Shown: positions 20,294 through 30,557, numbered from the stretch's first letter. The stretch is DNA of 64,000 nt from Desulfobulbaceae bacterium (GCA_024637145.1 JAGXFQ010000040.1:37948-101947), one strand, 5' to 3'. The notes: a model not told the origin generated them from the sequence alone. A program made the numbers and translations.

Positions 20294-20538
20294 ATGTTAC
20301 CTCCATATATCTTGTTGTTGTTGGCCTTGACCGCCGGCAGTGCAGGTTTCTCATTTCGGGCAGCATCTCTTCTTTTTATCATAAGGAAGAGGGGCAGGAA
20401 AAATCTTTTTCGCCCCTTTTCAGGGGTCACAAAATCTTTACCAATCAATCCGGTTCGTTTGTTCACTATTGATTTGGGAAAAGGTACAATCATAAAAAGC
20501 TATGCCGTGCTAAGCGCATTTTCTGCTATGGAGAGGTG

Positions 20539-21033
20539 ATGACCAAAAAGATTACTGCCCTGGTTTTGGTCCTCTGCCTGGCCTTGGGGGGCTGGCTGGC
20601 CTTTTATTTTTCTGCGAAGCAGGTGATCAGGCGCCAGCTTGTTGACCTTGGCCAGGCCCTGAGCAAAGAGGAGATGGAGACGTCGTTGCAGATGGCCGTG
20701 AAGATGGGCCGGGTTAAAAAGATGGTGGCGGCCCGCTGTCAGGTTCTTATCCCGGAACGGGGATATGATCAGGCCCTGGAGCAGGATCTGATTATCCACT
20801 ATCTGCTCTATTACCGTCGGCACTATGCTGTTGTTAGCGTAGCCTTGGCGGATCTGGATGTGGCTATCCCGGTGAAGAATGAGGCCCGGGTGCAGGCCAC
20901 GGTCCATCTTCAGCGCCAGCAGGTAAATCAGGAGATGGTTGCCGAGGTGGCGCCGGCGACCCTTGTCCTGCACAAGGAGGAGAAAGAGTGGCTGATCAAC
21001 CGGGTCACCATGGCTGAGGCGCTGGTGGAGTAG
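20539..21033 (+). CDS. Membrane-anchored hypothetical protein (possibly NTF2-like fold)
   Basis: N-terminal TM, RBS GGAGAGG, C-terminal LVLHKEEKEWLI strand pattern. Confidence 0.7.
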   Translation: MTKKITALVLVLCLALGGWLAFYFSAKQVIRRQLVDLGQALSKEEMETSLQMAVKMGRVKKMVAARCQVLIPERGYDQALEQDLIIHYLLYYRRHYAVVSVALADLDVAIPVKNEARVQATVHLQRQQVNQEMVAEVAPATLVLHKEEKEWLINRVTMAEALVE

Positions 21034-21037
21034 GGAT

Positions 21038-21520
21038 ATGGATATTTTCAGTCACAGCCTCTGGGGCTATGGCCTCTTTGGTCGCCACCGGCCATGGTTG
21101 GCCATGGCCTTCGGCGCCATGCCCGATATGGTCAGTTTCGGGGCCTTTGCGGTTATCCGCCTGCTTAATGGCAATTATGTGGCAGGCAAGCCGCCTTTAG
21201 AGATCATCCCGGCCTGGTGTTTTCTGCTCTATGACCTCAGTCACAGCCTCCTCATTGCCCTGCTCGCCTGTCTGCTTCTGTTCTGGCAAAACAGGGCCCT
21301 GGCCTTTGTCATGCTGGCCTGGCCCTTTCATATTCTCCTCGATATCCCCTTTCATACCCGTCATTATTTCCCCACCAAGTTCTTTTATCCCCTCAGTGAT
21401 TATTTCTATGACGGTATTGCCTGGAGTACGCCCGTGGTCTGGCTGCCCAACATCGCCGGGGTGGTTGTGGTGGTTGGGTATCGGTTGTGGCAGAGGAAAA
21501 GGCTGGCCCGGAGCTGGTAA
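21038..21520 (+). CDS. Membrane-bound metal-dependent hydrolase (YdjM-like)
   Basis: MDIFSHSLW, MPD, SHSL, HILLDIPFH motifs. Confidence 0.75.
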   Translation: MDIFSHSLWGYGLFGRHRPWLAMAFGAMPDMVSFGAFAVIRLLNGNYVAGKPPLEIIPAWCFLLYDLSHSLLIALLACLLLFWQNRALAFVMLAWPFHILLDIPFHTRHYFPTKFFYPLSDYFYDGIAWSTPVVWLPNIAGVVVVVGYRLWQRKRLARSW

Positions 21521-21620
21521 GCGCGCCTTGGCCCCCTGTTTTGGCGCGGTTATCTGGCGGCGGGAAAAAGGGGGCAGGCAGGGTGGAACATTGCGGAGGC
21601 CGGGCCCCAAAAAGAGAAAA

Positions 21621-21654
21621 GAAAAGGCGGCAGAGTATTCTCTGCCGCCTTTTT
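21621..21654. terminator. Bidirectional intrinsic terminator
   Basis: GAAAAGGCGGCAGAG-TATT-CTCTGCCGCCTTTT(T). Confidence 0.7.
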
Positions 21655-21697
21655 CTGATTGCCGGATCAGCCGGCACTGTTTTTTTTCAAGGCTCTG

Positions 21698-22198
21698 TCA
21701 GGCAACCAGCTCAAAGATATGGGCCTTGGCGCCGCAGATGGGGCAGCGTTCCGGTGGGGTGCCCAGCTCGATATAGCCGCAGACCGGGCAGAGATAGAAG
21801 GCGGCGGTATCAAGGTCCACGCCGTTTTTGACGGCCTCCATGGCCTTGCTGTAGAGCTGGGCATGAACGGCCTCGGCCTTGGTGGCGAATTTGAACATCA
21901 CCTTGGCCTTATGGCCCTCCTCCTCGGCCTGTTTGATCATGGGCGGATACATGTCTTCAAACTCATGGGTCTCGCCGTTAATGGCCGCCTGGAGGTTGTC
22001 GACGGTTGAGCCCACCATGTCCAGGGCCTTCAGGTGGCCCTCCGCATGGATGCGCTCGGCCTCGGCAGTGGTGCGGAAGAGCTTGGCCACATTGGCAAAG
22101 CCCTCTTTTTCGGCCTTTCTGGCAAAGGCCCGGTATTTCTGATTGGCCTGGCTTTCGCCGGCAAAGGCATCCTTGAGATTGTCGGTGGTTGATGGCAT
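21698..22198 (-). CDS. rbr: Rubrerythrin
   Basis: AFAGESQAN, EAERIHA, ETHE, EAVH, C-terminal CPVCG..CPICG. Confidence 0.96.
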   Translation of the reverse strand: MPSTTDNLKDAFAGESQANQKYRAFARKAEKEGFANVAKLFRTTAEAERIHAEGHLKALDMVGSTVDNLQAAINGETHEFEDMYPPMIKQAEEEGHKAKVMFKFATKAEAVHAQLYSKAMEAVKNGVDLDTAAFYLCPVCGYIELGTPPERCPICGAKAHIFELVA

Positions 22199-22238
22199 GG
22201 CTCCTCCGTGTTGTGGGAATAAGGTATGATAAGGAATT

Positions 22239-22257
22239 GTTGATAATAGTTATTATT
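22239..22257. promoter_or_regulatory. Candidate Fur/PerR-family operator upstream of rbr
   Basis: GTTGATAATAGTTATTATT in an AT-rich region about 40 bp upstream of the rbr start. Confidence 0.5.
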
Positions 22258-22423
22258 TATTTATAGCAGATAAATAATAAAATTCAAGGAATAAAATATA
22301 ATTAAACCACGCTGATGGTCAAAGATTTTCAGTTCTTTCGACCCTTGGCCGGAAATGGTATTCTGAATAAAAAAGGGCCGGCAGCGCCGGCTGCAGATTT
22401 GAATCAGGGACAGGGAATTTTTT

Positions 22424-24199
22424 ATGTCTGAGCAGATGAACAAAGAGCTTGGGACCGGTGATGTCCTTTGGAATCTCACGGATCTTTACCAGGGGCCGGC
22501 TGATGAGCTGATCAAAGACGATATTGATCTCTGCCGGCAGGAGGCGGCCCTGCTCAAGGAGCTCTCTGGTGGTTTGGCGCAGCTGGAGCCGGCCCAGTTT
22601 GCCCGGGTGGTGCGCCGCCTGGAACGTATTGCCACCAATCTGGGTCGGGTGGCCACCTATGCCTATCTCAATTTTGCCACCCAAGTCACCGATGCCAAGG
22701 CCGGCGCTTTTTTGCAGGAGGTGAAGGAGGCGGCCAGCCGCATCAGCCGCGACACCGTCTTTTTTGATCTGGAGTGGGCCAAGATGGACGAGGAGGCGGC
22801 CCGGCCTTTTCTGGAATCTGCAGAAACCCTCCCCTATCACCATTATCTGGCCAGCATCAGGCGTTACGCCGATCATCTCCTCTCCCAGGTGGAGGAGACC
22901 CTGCTCATTGAGTTGAGCCCGGTGGGGGGCTCAAGCTGGACCAGCCTCTTCACCAAGGTGATGGGCAATCTCAAGTTTGGCGACACCCAGAGGGGCCAGG
23001 AAGAGGTGCTGGCCGATCTCCATAGCCCGGACCGCCAGGTGCGGATCCAGGCGGCCCAGGACTTAACGGCCGGACTCAAGAGCCAGCTCTATCTCTTTAC
23101 CCATATCTTCAATACCCTGCTGGCCGATAAGATGATTGATGACCGGCTGCGCGGCTATGCCACCTGGGACAGCTCCCGCCACCTCGCCAATGAGCTTGAC
23201 GAGGAGACCGTGGCTGCCCTGGTCTCAGCCACCACCGGGCGGTATGATATTGTCCAGCGCTATTATGGCCTGAAAAAGAGGCTGCTCGGCCTGGCGGAGC
23301 TCCATGATTACGACCGCTACGCCCCCCTGCCCAGCCTGCCCGCCAAGCGGCTCAGCTGGCAGGAGTCTCAGGAGATGGTGCTGGCCGGGTTCAGCGACTT
23401 TTCACCCCAGCTGGCGGAGATCGCCGGCCTCTTTTTTGAGCGGCAATGGATCCATGCCCCGGTGCAGGATGGCAAGCAGGGCGGCGCCTTTGCCCATCCC
23501 TGTGTGCCCGATGTCCACCCCTACGTCCTGGTCAATTACACCGGCAATCTGCGCGACGTCTCCACCGTGGCCCATGAACTTGGCCATGGCGTCCATCAAT
23601 ATCTGGCCCGGGACCAGGGCTATTTTAACGGCAACACCCCTCTGGTTCTGGCCGAGACCGCCTCGGTTTTTGCCGAACTCCTCATCTTTCACAAGCAGCT
23701 CGAGCTCCTCACCGATGCCGCCCAGCGCCGGGCCTTTATCTGTCAGAAGCTGGAATCGATCTTTGCCACTGTCTTCAGGCAGATCTCCATGAACCGTTTT
23801 GAGGATATGATGCACAACAGCCGCCGCCAGGAGGGGGAGCTTTCCAGTGCCAAGCTCTCTGAGCTGTGGCTCACCAGCCAGCGTGCCATGTTCGGCGATG
23901 CCGTCACCCTGAGTGCGGAGTATGGCATTTGGTGGTCCTACATTCCCCATTTTCTGCGCACCCCCGGCTATGTCTATGCCTATGCCTTTGGCGAGCTGCT
24001 GGTGCTGGCCCTCTACAAGCTGTACCAGGAGCAGGGCGCGGCTTTTGTCCCCAAATATCTGGAGCTCCTCAGTCAGGGGGGCAGCCAGTCGCCCTACGAG
24101 CTGCTCAAGCCCTTTGCCATTGATCTGCGCGATCCCGCCTTCTGGCAGGGGGGGCTTACGGTTATTGATGAGATGCTTTGTCAGGTGGAAGAGGCATAA
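22424..24199 (+). CDS. M3 family oligoendopeptidase (PepF-like)
   Basis: WNLTDLY, GKQGGAF, TVAHELGHGVH, LAETASVF.E, WSYIPHF. Confidence 0.95.
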   Translation: MSEQMNKELGTGDVLWNLTDLYQGPADELIKDDIDLCRQEAALLKELSGGLAQLEPAQFARVVRRLERIATNLGRVATYAYLNFATQVTDAKAGAFLQEVKEAASRISRDTVFFDLEWAKMDEEAARPFLESAETLPYHHYLASIRRYADHLLSQVEETLLIELSPVGGSSWTSLFTKVMGNLKFGDTQRGQEEVLADLHSPDRQVRIQAAQDLTAGLKSQLYLFTHIFNTLLADKMIDDRLRGYATWDSSRHLANELDEETVAALVSATTGRYDIVQRYYGLKKRLLGLAELHDYDRYAPLPSLPAKRLSWQESQEMVLAGFSDFSPQLAEIAGLFFERQWIHAPVQDGKQGGAFAHPCVPDVHPYVLVNYTGNLRDVSTVAHELGHGVHQYLARDQGYFNGNTPLVLAETASVFAELLIFHKQLELLTDAAQRRAFICQKLESIFATVFRQISMNRFEDMMHNSRRQEGELSSAKLSELWLTSQRAMFGDAVTLSAEYGIWWSYIPHFLRTPGYVYAYAFGELLVLALYKLYQEQGAAFVPKYLELLSQGGSQSPYELLKPFAIDLRDPAFWQGGLTVIDEMLCQVEEA

Positions 24200-24246
24200 C
24201 AGCCTGTTGAAAAACTACTGCGCTCGCTACCTTTTTCAACGGGCTG
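24200..24246. repeat. Repeat family B, short 47-bp form
   Basis: CAGCCTGTTGAAAAA..TTTTTCAACGGGCTG; equals the long copies minus a 93-bp interior. Confidence 0.8.
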
Positions 24247-24330
24247 ATAAGGCAAGAACCGCAGCGCCGCTTGCTGGCTCCGGCCGGAAAAGCGAGCTGT
24301 CTTGAAATACCCTTTTTGAAGGAGGAAGAT

Positions 24331-25020
24331 ATGAGCAGATATGTGGTGGCGAACTGGAAATCGCATAAGACTCTGGCCGAGGCCGGCCAGTGGCTGAGCC
24401 GGTTTCTCGAGCTGTACAAGCCCCAGGCCGGAGTCAAGGTTATCCTGGCCCCGGCCTTTCCCTTTTTGGGACCCCTGCAGCAGATGCTGGCAAAGGGCAA
24501 GAGCGGCGTGGAACTGGCCAGCCAGGATATCTCCGCCTTTCCGCTGGGATCCTATACCGGTGCCGTGGCAGCGGCTATGATTCAGGATCTGGTGGGCTAT
24601 AGCCTGGTGGGCCATTCCGAACGGCGGCGCTGGTTCCGGGAAACCGACCAGGAGGTGGCCAACAAGGTCCATGAGGCCCTGGCCGTGGGTATTACGCCCA
24701 TTATCTGCGTGGATCAGCCCTATATGCAGAGCCAGTTTGCCGCCCTTGCTGACCAGGAGGTGAAGGAGTGTCTGGTGGGCTATGGACCGGTGGAGGCCAT
24801 TGGCCTGGATATGTCGCCTGCTGTCGAGAGGGTTCAGGAGGCGATCAGCCAATTGCACATCCTGGCCCCTGATAGTCCCATCCTGTACGGCGGGGCCGTC
24901 CATGGGGAAAATGCCGCCGACTACATGCAGATTCCTGGGCTCTCCGGCCTCATGGTGGCCACGGCCAGCCTGGATCCTGAAAAATTTGTTGAGATCTGTC
25001 AACAGGTGGCGGCAAGCTGA
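24331..25020 (+). CDS. Triosephosphate-isomerase-like protein lacking the canonical catalytic Glu
   Basis: VANWK, GSYTG, GHSERR, ILYGG present; canonical AYEPVWAIG reads GYGPVEAIG. Confidence 0.85.
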   Translation: MSRYVVANWKSHKTLAEAGQWLSRFLELYKPQAGVKVILAPAFPFLGPLQQMLAKGKSGVELASQDISAFPLGSYTGAVAAAMIQDLVGYSLVGHSERRRWFRETDQEVANKVHEALAVGITPIICVDQPYMQSQFAALADQEVKECLVGYGPVEAIGLDMSPAVERVQEAISQLHILAPDSPILYGGAVHGENAADYMQIPGLSGLMVATASLDPEKFVEICQQVAAS

Positions 25021-25103
25021 AAAAAAGAGCACCCTGCCCGGCGGCAATGCCCGGCGCTCTTTTGGCAGGGAATTATTATCTCAGCAAGAGGCGTTAAGAG
25101 GCG

Positions 25104-26033
25104 TTAAGAGGCGTTGTTCCGGCCGGCAGGGGCCTTGGCCACCTGCTGGAGGACAAGGCTGGCCAGGGTAACCACCATGACCCCGGGCAGGATAATCAGC
25201 GGCGGCAGCCCCTTGCCGAAGAACCAGTTGATCAAGAGGACAAAGGCCGGATAAAAATAGCTATAGGCCATGACCCGGGTGGGTCCCAGGTGGAGGGTGG
25301 CAATATGGCTGAGATAAAAGGTGATGATGGTTGAAAATATGGCCAGGTAGATAATGCCGCTCCACACCGTGCTGGAGATCTCCTGCCACTGCACGTCGGC
25401 CAGACGGGGCAGGGCCAGGATCAGGAGCCAGCCCAGGCCGGTGACCAGGACCCAGAAGGTCATCACCACCATGGATTCCTGGCGGTGAAAGGTTTTTATC
25501 AGCGGTGTATAGGCGGCCATGAGAAAACAGCCGGCCAGAAAGAGCAGATCGCCATGGTTGACGTCCATGGCCAGCATGCGCCTTGGGTCGCCCCGGAAAA
25601 TGACCCACAGGGCGCCCACCATGCCGAAAAAGAGGGCCAGCTGCCGGAAGCGGCCCAGCCGTTCGTGCAGGAAGAGGGCGCTGTAGATCCCGGAAATGCC
25701 CGGCACCAGGGTGAAGATGATACTGGTATTGATGGCCGTGGTGTAGCGCAGGGCCTCAAACATGCACCAGAAAAAGCCCACCGTACTGGCGCTGACCAGG
25801 CTGTATCCTGCCAGCTGCCTGAAGGATGGCCGGCAGTGCCGGTAGCGCCACAGGATAAGGGGGGCGAGACAGAAGACGGCCACCAGATAACGGAGCAACA
25901 GGAGCACGGCCGGATCCAGGGCGCGGGTGATGGCCTCGCCCACGGTAAAGGAACTGGAGACGATCATGGCGGTACAGAGCATGAGGCTGTGCACCAGCCA
26001 CAGGGGCAAGGTTTTGTTGCTGGCTAGCGGCAT
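25104..26033 (-). CDS. DMT/EamA family transporter
   Basis: About 10 TM segments, two EamA repeats, ALFLHERL. Confidence 0.9.
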   Translation of the reverse strand: MPLASNKTLPLWLVHSLMLCTAMIVSSSFTVGEAITRALDPAVLLLLRYLVAVFCLAPLILWRYRHCRPSFRQLAGYSLVSASTVGFFWCMFEALRYTTAINTSIIFTLVPGISGIYSALFLHERLGRFRQLALFFGMVGALWVIFRGDPRRMLAMDVNHGDLLFLAGCFLMAAYTPLIKTFHRQESMVVMTFWVLVTGLGWLLILALPRLADVQWQEISSTVWSGIIYLAIFSTIITFYLSHIATLHLGPTRVMAYSYFYPAFVLLINWFFGKGLPPLIILPGVMVVTLASLVLQQVAKAPAGRNNAS

Positions 26034-26125
26034 AGGGGAGAATCTGCAAGGGGTGCGACTATTTTTCTGTTTCCGCTGAGGCTGGAAAGGCTTTTGCCCA
26101 ACAAGGGTGGGGCAAGGCAGTTTTC

Positions 26126-26461
26126 CTACTGGGGATTCTCAAAAAAGATGTAGGGGGTTGAATAGTCGCTGAACTCAAAATAGACCTTGTTCTCGCCCTT
26201 ATCCACCACCCCGTTGAGGTTGGCATCGAGTATGCCGTAGCCGAAACGATAGGGGCGGCTTCCTTTGCCGTCCGTGGCGGTAGCTGTGGAGAGTTTGTCG
26301 ATCTTTAAGAAGCGTTTGACCAGCTTGTCGCCGCCATAGACCTCAAGAACCCCGTCGGTACCGGTCCAGTTCTGGACGGCGCGGCCGAACTTGTTTTGCG
26401 TCTCCTGGGTGCAGCCGGCCGCAAAAAGGAGGGGAAGAAAAAGAAGGGCAGCTACTCTCAT
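26126..26461 (-). CDS. Hypothetical lipoprotein
   Basis: Lipobox FAAGC, RBS GAGG. Confidence 0.8.
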   Translation of the reverse strand: MRVAALLFLPLLFAAGCTQETQNKFGRAVQNWTGTDGVLEVYGGDKLVKRFLKIDKLSTATATDGKGSRPYRFGYGILDANLNGVVDKGENKVYFEFSDYSTPYIFFENPQ

Positions 26462-26624
26462 AACACTTTCCTCTGGGATAAATTGGCGCTGATAGGCATT
26501 GTTCAACAGCCAAAAATAACGCAAAGGGCGAGAAATAGCCAGGGGAGAAAAAAGGGGGATGGATTTAACAATCCATCCCCCTGCTATCCCCCCGAGCCTA
26601 CCGCACCTTGAGTCCGAGGGTTAT

Positions 26625-26764
26625 CAGCCCGTTGAAAAAGGTGGCGAGCGCAGCTGAGGCAAGGAAAAATGAGGCGAAAAAGCGCAATTTACATGTGGTA
26701 AATGAGCATTTTGAGCCGAATTTTGACGCCGCATCAGCAAGCGCAGTAGTTTTTCAACGGGCTG
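26625..26764. repeat. Repeat family B, long 140-bp form (MITE-like)
   Basis: 15-bp inverted ends CAGCCYGTTGAAAAA; near-identical copy at 60607-60746. Confidence 0.85.
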
Positions 26765-26781
26765 TTATGGGGTGCCTGAGC

Positions 26782-27855
26782 TTAATCGGTCAGGGCATGG
26801 AGGAAGGCGACAATGTCGTCAATCTCCTGACTGCTCAGGCCCATATTGCCTGTATCTGTGGTGTTGAGATTAGCGGCCACCTCGGGGGCCGGCCAGGCAG
26901 GGTCTACATCCCGGCTGTTGTGGAAGGAGACCATGGCGGTGAGGGTGGGGAAATAGCCGTTATGCGAGTAGGGCGCGGTCAGGGCCACATTGCGCAGGGT
27001 GGGCACCTTGAATTTGCCGTATTCGGCCGGATCACCCAGGAAGCCTCCCAGGCCGTTGTCCGGCACCGTGTAGACCGAATCGGGATCGTTGAGCAGGGTC
27101 TCGTTCACCGGCACGCCGATATTCTCGTAGCGATAGGTGGTAAAGAGGGCCGCCGGCGCCCCAAAGGTCTCCTGAACCCCATGACAGGTAGTGCAGTTGT
27201 CCACGACCAGGTTGAGGCCGCGGCGTTCCTGGCCGCTCAGCTTGCCGGTGTCGAAGCGGGAGGTGAAGGCGGTGATCTCGGCCGAACGTTCATAGGCGGC
27301 AATGGCCCGGCCGATATTGTCATAGGCCAGGTCCGGGTCGGCAAAGGCATCGGCGCCGAAGAGCTTGATGAATTGGGCGGCATAGTTGGCGGCGGCCACC
27401 CGCTCCACCACCGCTTCCTTGCTGGGCATATTCATCTCCACCGGGTTCAGCGGCGGACCCTGGGCCTGCTCGGCCAGCGGATCACCAAGGGTGTCCCCGG
27501 TGGCCCTGCCGTCCCAGAACATGCCGCCCTGCCAGGCGCCGTCGGCAGTCAGGCCGAGGATGGGGCTGTAGCCGGCATACGCCGCAGTGGGGGCGTTGCG
27601 GCCGCCCTTGGACACGCCGTCATCTCCCAGGGAGACCATGGTGTTATAAGGGTCGCGGCTGTTGGTCGGGTCGGCAAAGCCGTAGTTCTCGTGGTGGCAG
27701 GTGGCGCAGGACTGGCTGCTGTTGAGGGAGAGATCCTTGTCCATATAAATATGGCGGCCCAGCTCCTCTAGGGCGGTGAGGGTGGGAGCGGCCAGGGCCG
27801 CTCCGCTGATCAGTGTTGCGCTGCAAAATGCGGTCAAGAACACATACTTCTTCAT
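26782..27855 (-). CDS. Di-heme cytochrome c peroxidase (CCP/MauG family)
   Basis: Signal peptide; SCATCH and CTTCH; RNAPT, FWDGRA, NPVEM, FKVPTLRNVALTAPY.HNG. Confidence 0.93.
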   Translation of the reverse strand: MKKYVFLTAFCSATLISGAALAAPTLTALEELGRHIYMDKDLSLNSSQSCATCHHENYGFADPTNSRDPYNTMVSLGDDGVSKGGRNAPTAAYAGYSPILGLTADGAWQGGMFWDGRATGDTLGDPLAEQAQGPPLNPVEMNMPSKEAVVERVAAANYAAQFIKLFGADAFADPDLAYDNIGRAIAAYERSAEITAFTSRFDTGKLSGQERRGLNLVVDNCTTCHGVQETFGAPAALFTTYRYENIGVPVNETLLNDPDSVYTVPDNGLGGFLGDPAEYGKFKVPTLRNVALTAPYSHNGYFPTLTAMVSFHNSRDVDPAWPAPEVAANLNTTDTGNMGLSSQEIDDIVAFLHALTD

Positions 27856-28205
27856 GGTCTTCTCCTTTTTAAGAGGGTGAGGTGACTGATAGATTCTGAA
27901 TCTTGAATTGCGGTAAGCGGCGGAAAGTAGATCGAAACCTCCTTTTGTTATGGTTAATAGAAGAAAAAGGACCCCATAAAGTATAACAAACGGATGGTAC
28001 GAGAAAATGGTTCCCTTCCGGGGCTATTTTTTTTTAAGAGGCACGCAGAAGGTGCCGGCGGCGGGGTGCGCCAGGGAGGTCAGGCCCTGAATTCGGAGGG
28101 CAAAGAGGGGGGCTGGGCATAATATGAACCAAGCCATGCCACGGCTTGGCTTGGCGAAAGAGATTGTCCAACTGGGGTGGGTGGTTTAGATTAGGAGGAG
28201 CATAT

Positions 28206-29657
28206 ATGAAAGACTTTTCTCAAAAATACCTCCCTCTTTTTTCCGCCCGGAGGAGCAAAAAACTGTTCACCCCCCTGCTCCTGCTGGCTTTGTTACTGCC
28301 CGGCTGCGGAGAGTCGCCGGACACCCTGGCCCGGATCAAAAACAAGGGTGAGCTGGTGGTGGCCACCCGCAATAATGCCAACTGCTACTATCAGTACCAG
28401 GGCGAGCCGGTTGGTTTCGAATATGATCTGGCCAAGGCCTTCAGCGATTATCTGGGGGTCAGGCTCATTGTCAAGGTGGTGGAGTGGGAATCCCTGCTGG
28501 AGGCCATTGCCGCCGGCGAGGTGGACATGGCGGCGGCCGGACTCTCCATCACCCCGGAGCGGCGGCGCACGGTGGATTTTTCCCAGCCCTATATGGAGGT
28601 GCAGCCCCAGATCATAGTGCATCGGAGCGAGATGGAGATCGAGAGGGTGGCAGATCTCTACAATCGGGAGATCCATGTCCGTCAGGGCACCACCTATCAG
28701 AAAATCTTAGAGGATCTCAATAAAAAACTCCCCATTGGGATCAAGATCCGCCTCCACAGGGACGTCTCCACCGAAGAGCTGATCCGGCAGGTGGCCAGTA
28801 AGGAGATAGCCATTACCATGGCAGACTCCAACATCGCCCTCCTCAACCAGCTCTATCAGCCGGATATAGAGCTGGCCTTTGACCTGGGGCCCCATCATTC
28901 CCTGGGCTGGGCTGTGAAGAAAGGAGAGGGTCGTTTCAGGAATAAAATCAACGAGTTTCTCAAACATGCCAAGGAAAGCGGCCTCTATGACAATATCTAC
29001 AGCCGCTATTATGACGACGACCACATCTTTGATTATGTGGATCTGCAGATCTTTCATCGTCGTCTGCGCAGCCGGTTGCCCCGCTATGCCGGCTTGATCA
29101 AAAGAGAGGCGGCGGCCAATGATTTTGATTGGCGTCTGATTACGGCGGTGGTCTACCAGGAATCCCATTTTGATCCCCTGGCCCTCAGTTTTACCGGGGT
29201 GCGGGGCCTGATGCAGGTTACCCGGGATACGGCCCGGAGCATGGGGGTTGATAACCGGCTGGATCCAGACCAGAATGTCTATGCCGGTGTTAAATATCTG
29301 CGCAAACTCCAGGGCTACTGGTCCCATATAAGCGAGCCGGATCAGGCAAAATTTGCCCTGGCCAGTTATAATATCGGCCTGGGGCATGTCCGTGATGCCC
29401 AAAAAATTGCCAGGCAGCTCGATCTTCCTGATGACACATGGTCAGGTCTGCAGCAGGCCCTGCCCCTGCTGCAGGAGAAGAAATATTATCAAAAGAGCAG
29501 ATATGGCTATGCCCGTGGCAGGGAGGCGGTGCAGTATGTCAGCCGGATCTTTACCTATTATGAAATTCTGCGGCAGAAGGATCTTGACTGGCTGCCGGAG
29601 GAGCTCGTCCCGGCCCAGGTCAAGAAAAACCAGCAGAAGGACGGACCCCGGATTTAA
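28206..29657 (+). CDS. mltF: Membrane-bound lytic murein transglycosylase F
   Basis: Lipobox LPGC, SBP_bac_3 domain (GFEYDLA), SLT domain YQESHF..GVRGLMQ..ASYNIG.GHV.DA..YGYARG. Confidence 0.92.
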   Translation: MKDFSQKYLPLFSARRSKKLFTPLLLLALLLPGCGESPDTLARIKNKGELVVATRNNANCYYQYQGEPVGFEYDLAKAFSDYLGVRLIVKVVEWESLLEAIAAGEVDMAAAGLSITPERRRTVDFSQPYMEVQPQIIVHRSEMEIERVADLYNREIHVRQGTTYQKILEDLNKKLPIGIKIRLHRDVSTEELIRQVASKEIAITMADSNIALLNQLYQPDIELAFDLGPHHSLGWAVKKGEGRFRNKINEFLKHAKESGLYDNIYSRYYDDDHIFDYVDLQIFHRRLRSRLPRYAGLIKREAAANDFDWRLITAVVYQESHFDPLALSFTGVRGLMQVTRDTARSMGVDNRLDPDQNVYAGVKYLRKLQGYWSHISEPDQAKFALASYNIGLGHVRDAQKIARQLDLPDDTWSGLQQALPLLQEKKYYQKSRYGYARGREAVQYVSRIFTYYEILRQKDLDWLPEELVPAQVKKNQQKDGPRI

Positions 29658-29669
29658 GGCGCGGCCCCT

Positions 29670-30557
29670 TTATCCCGGGGTGGTTGTTGTGCAATCGCGC
29701 AGCGCCTCTTCCAGCTCGGGAAATTCAAAGGTGAAACCGCTCTCCAGCAACCTTTTGGGCACAGCCGCCTGACCGTCGGCCAGGATGGCGGCCCCCTCGC
29801 CAAAGACCATTTTCAGCATGAAGGTGGGGACCGGCAGAATGGTGGGCCTGTGGAGGACCTTGCCCAGGGTCTTGGTGAAATGATAATTGGTGGTGGGCCT
29901 GGGGGCGGTCATGTTGTAGATGCCCTTGAAGGAAGGGGACTCCAGGGCGGTCAAATGGGCCCGCAGCAGATCCGTGAGATGGACCCAGGAAAGGGCTTGT
30001 TTGCCGGTGCCGATGACGCCGCCCAGGCCGAGCTTGAAGGGCAGTACCATTTTCTGAAGGGCACCGCCGTTTTTGCTGAGGATAACGGCAAAGCGGAAAA
30101 TCACGGTACGGATGCCCAGCTCCTCGGCCCGCAGGGCCTCCCCTTCCCAATCTTCGGCCAGGTCGGCGAGAAAGCCCTGGCCTTTGCGGCCTTTTTCTTC
30201 ACTGTGCACGCAATGGGAGGCGTAATAGCCCACGGCCGAGGTGGAGATAAAGACTTCAGGCCTGGTGGCCATCTCGGCTATGGCCTTTACCAGGTTCCGG
30301 GTCAGGGTAATGCGGCTCTCGCGCATTCTCACCTTGTGGGCCTCGGACCAGCGGGCCAGAACCGGTGCCCCGGCCAGATTGATTACGGCCTCGGCCCCGG
30401 CCATCTTCTGCGCCAGCTCGGCAGGCCCCAGGGCCAGCTCAGCCCGGCCAAGGGTGGTCACCTGCCAGCCCGCCTGGGTCAGGGCGGCGCGGAGGTGGCT
30501 GCCGACAAAGCCGGTGGCGCCGGTCAGGGCGATTTTTTTAGGGTCTTTCTGCTCCAT
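29670..30557 (-). CDS. TIGR01777 family NAD-dependent epimerase-like protein
   Basis: TGATGFVG, INLAG, SAVGYY, PFKLGLGG.IG.G.Q..SWVH. Confidence 0.93.
   Translation of the reverse strand: MEQKDPKKIALTGATGFVGSHLRAALTQAGWQVTTLGRAELALGPAELAQKMAGAEAVINLAGAPVLARWSEAHKVRMRESRITLTRNLVKAIAEMATRPEVFISTSAVGYYASHCVHSEEKGRKGQGFLADLAEDWEGEALRAEELGIRTVIFRFAVILSKNGGALQKMVLPFKLGLGGVIGTGKQALSWVHLTDLLRAHLTALESPSFKGIYNMTAPRPTTNYHFTKTLGKVLHRPTILPVPTFMLKMVFGEGAAILADGQAAVPKRLLESGFTFEFPELEEALRDCTTTTPG

Noticed and set aside
20294-20535. Heat-shock operator or promoter upstream of hsp20
   Set aside because: No convincing CIRCE, HAIR or sigma32 consensus found by eye
25087-25115. Tandem AGAGGCGTT(A) repeats at the end of the EamA gene
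   Set aside because: Three 10-bp units at a stop codon; most likely local slippage
26608-27771. 387-aa + strand ORF (and 60590-60781) starting with LKKVASAAEARKNEAKKR..VVNEHFEPNF
   Set aside because: Translation of repeat family B running antisense to the cytochrome c peroxidase gene; spurious
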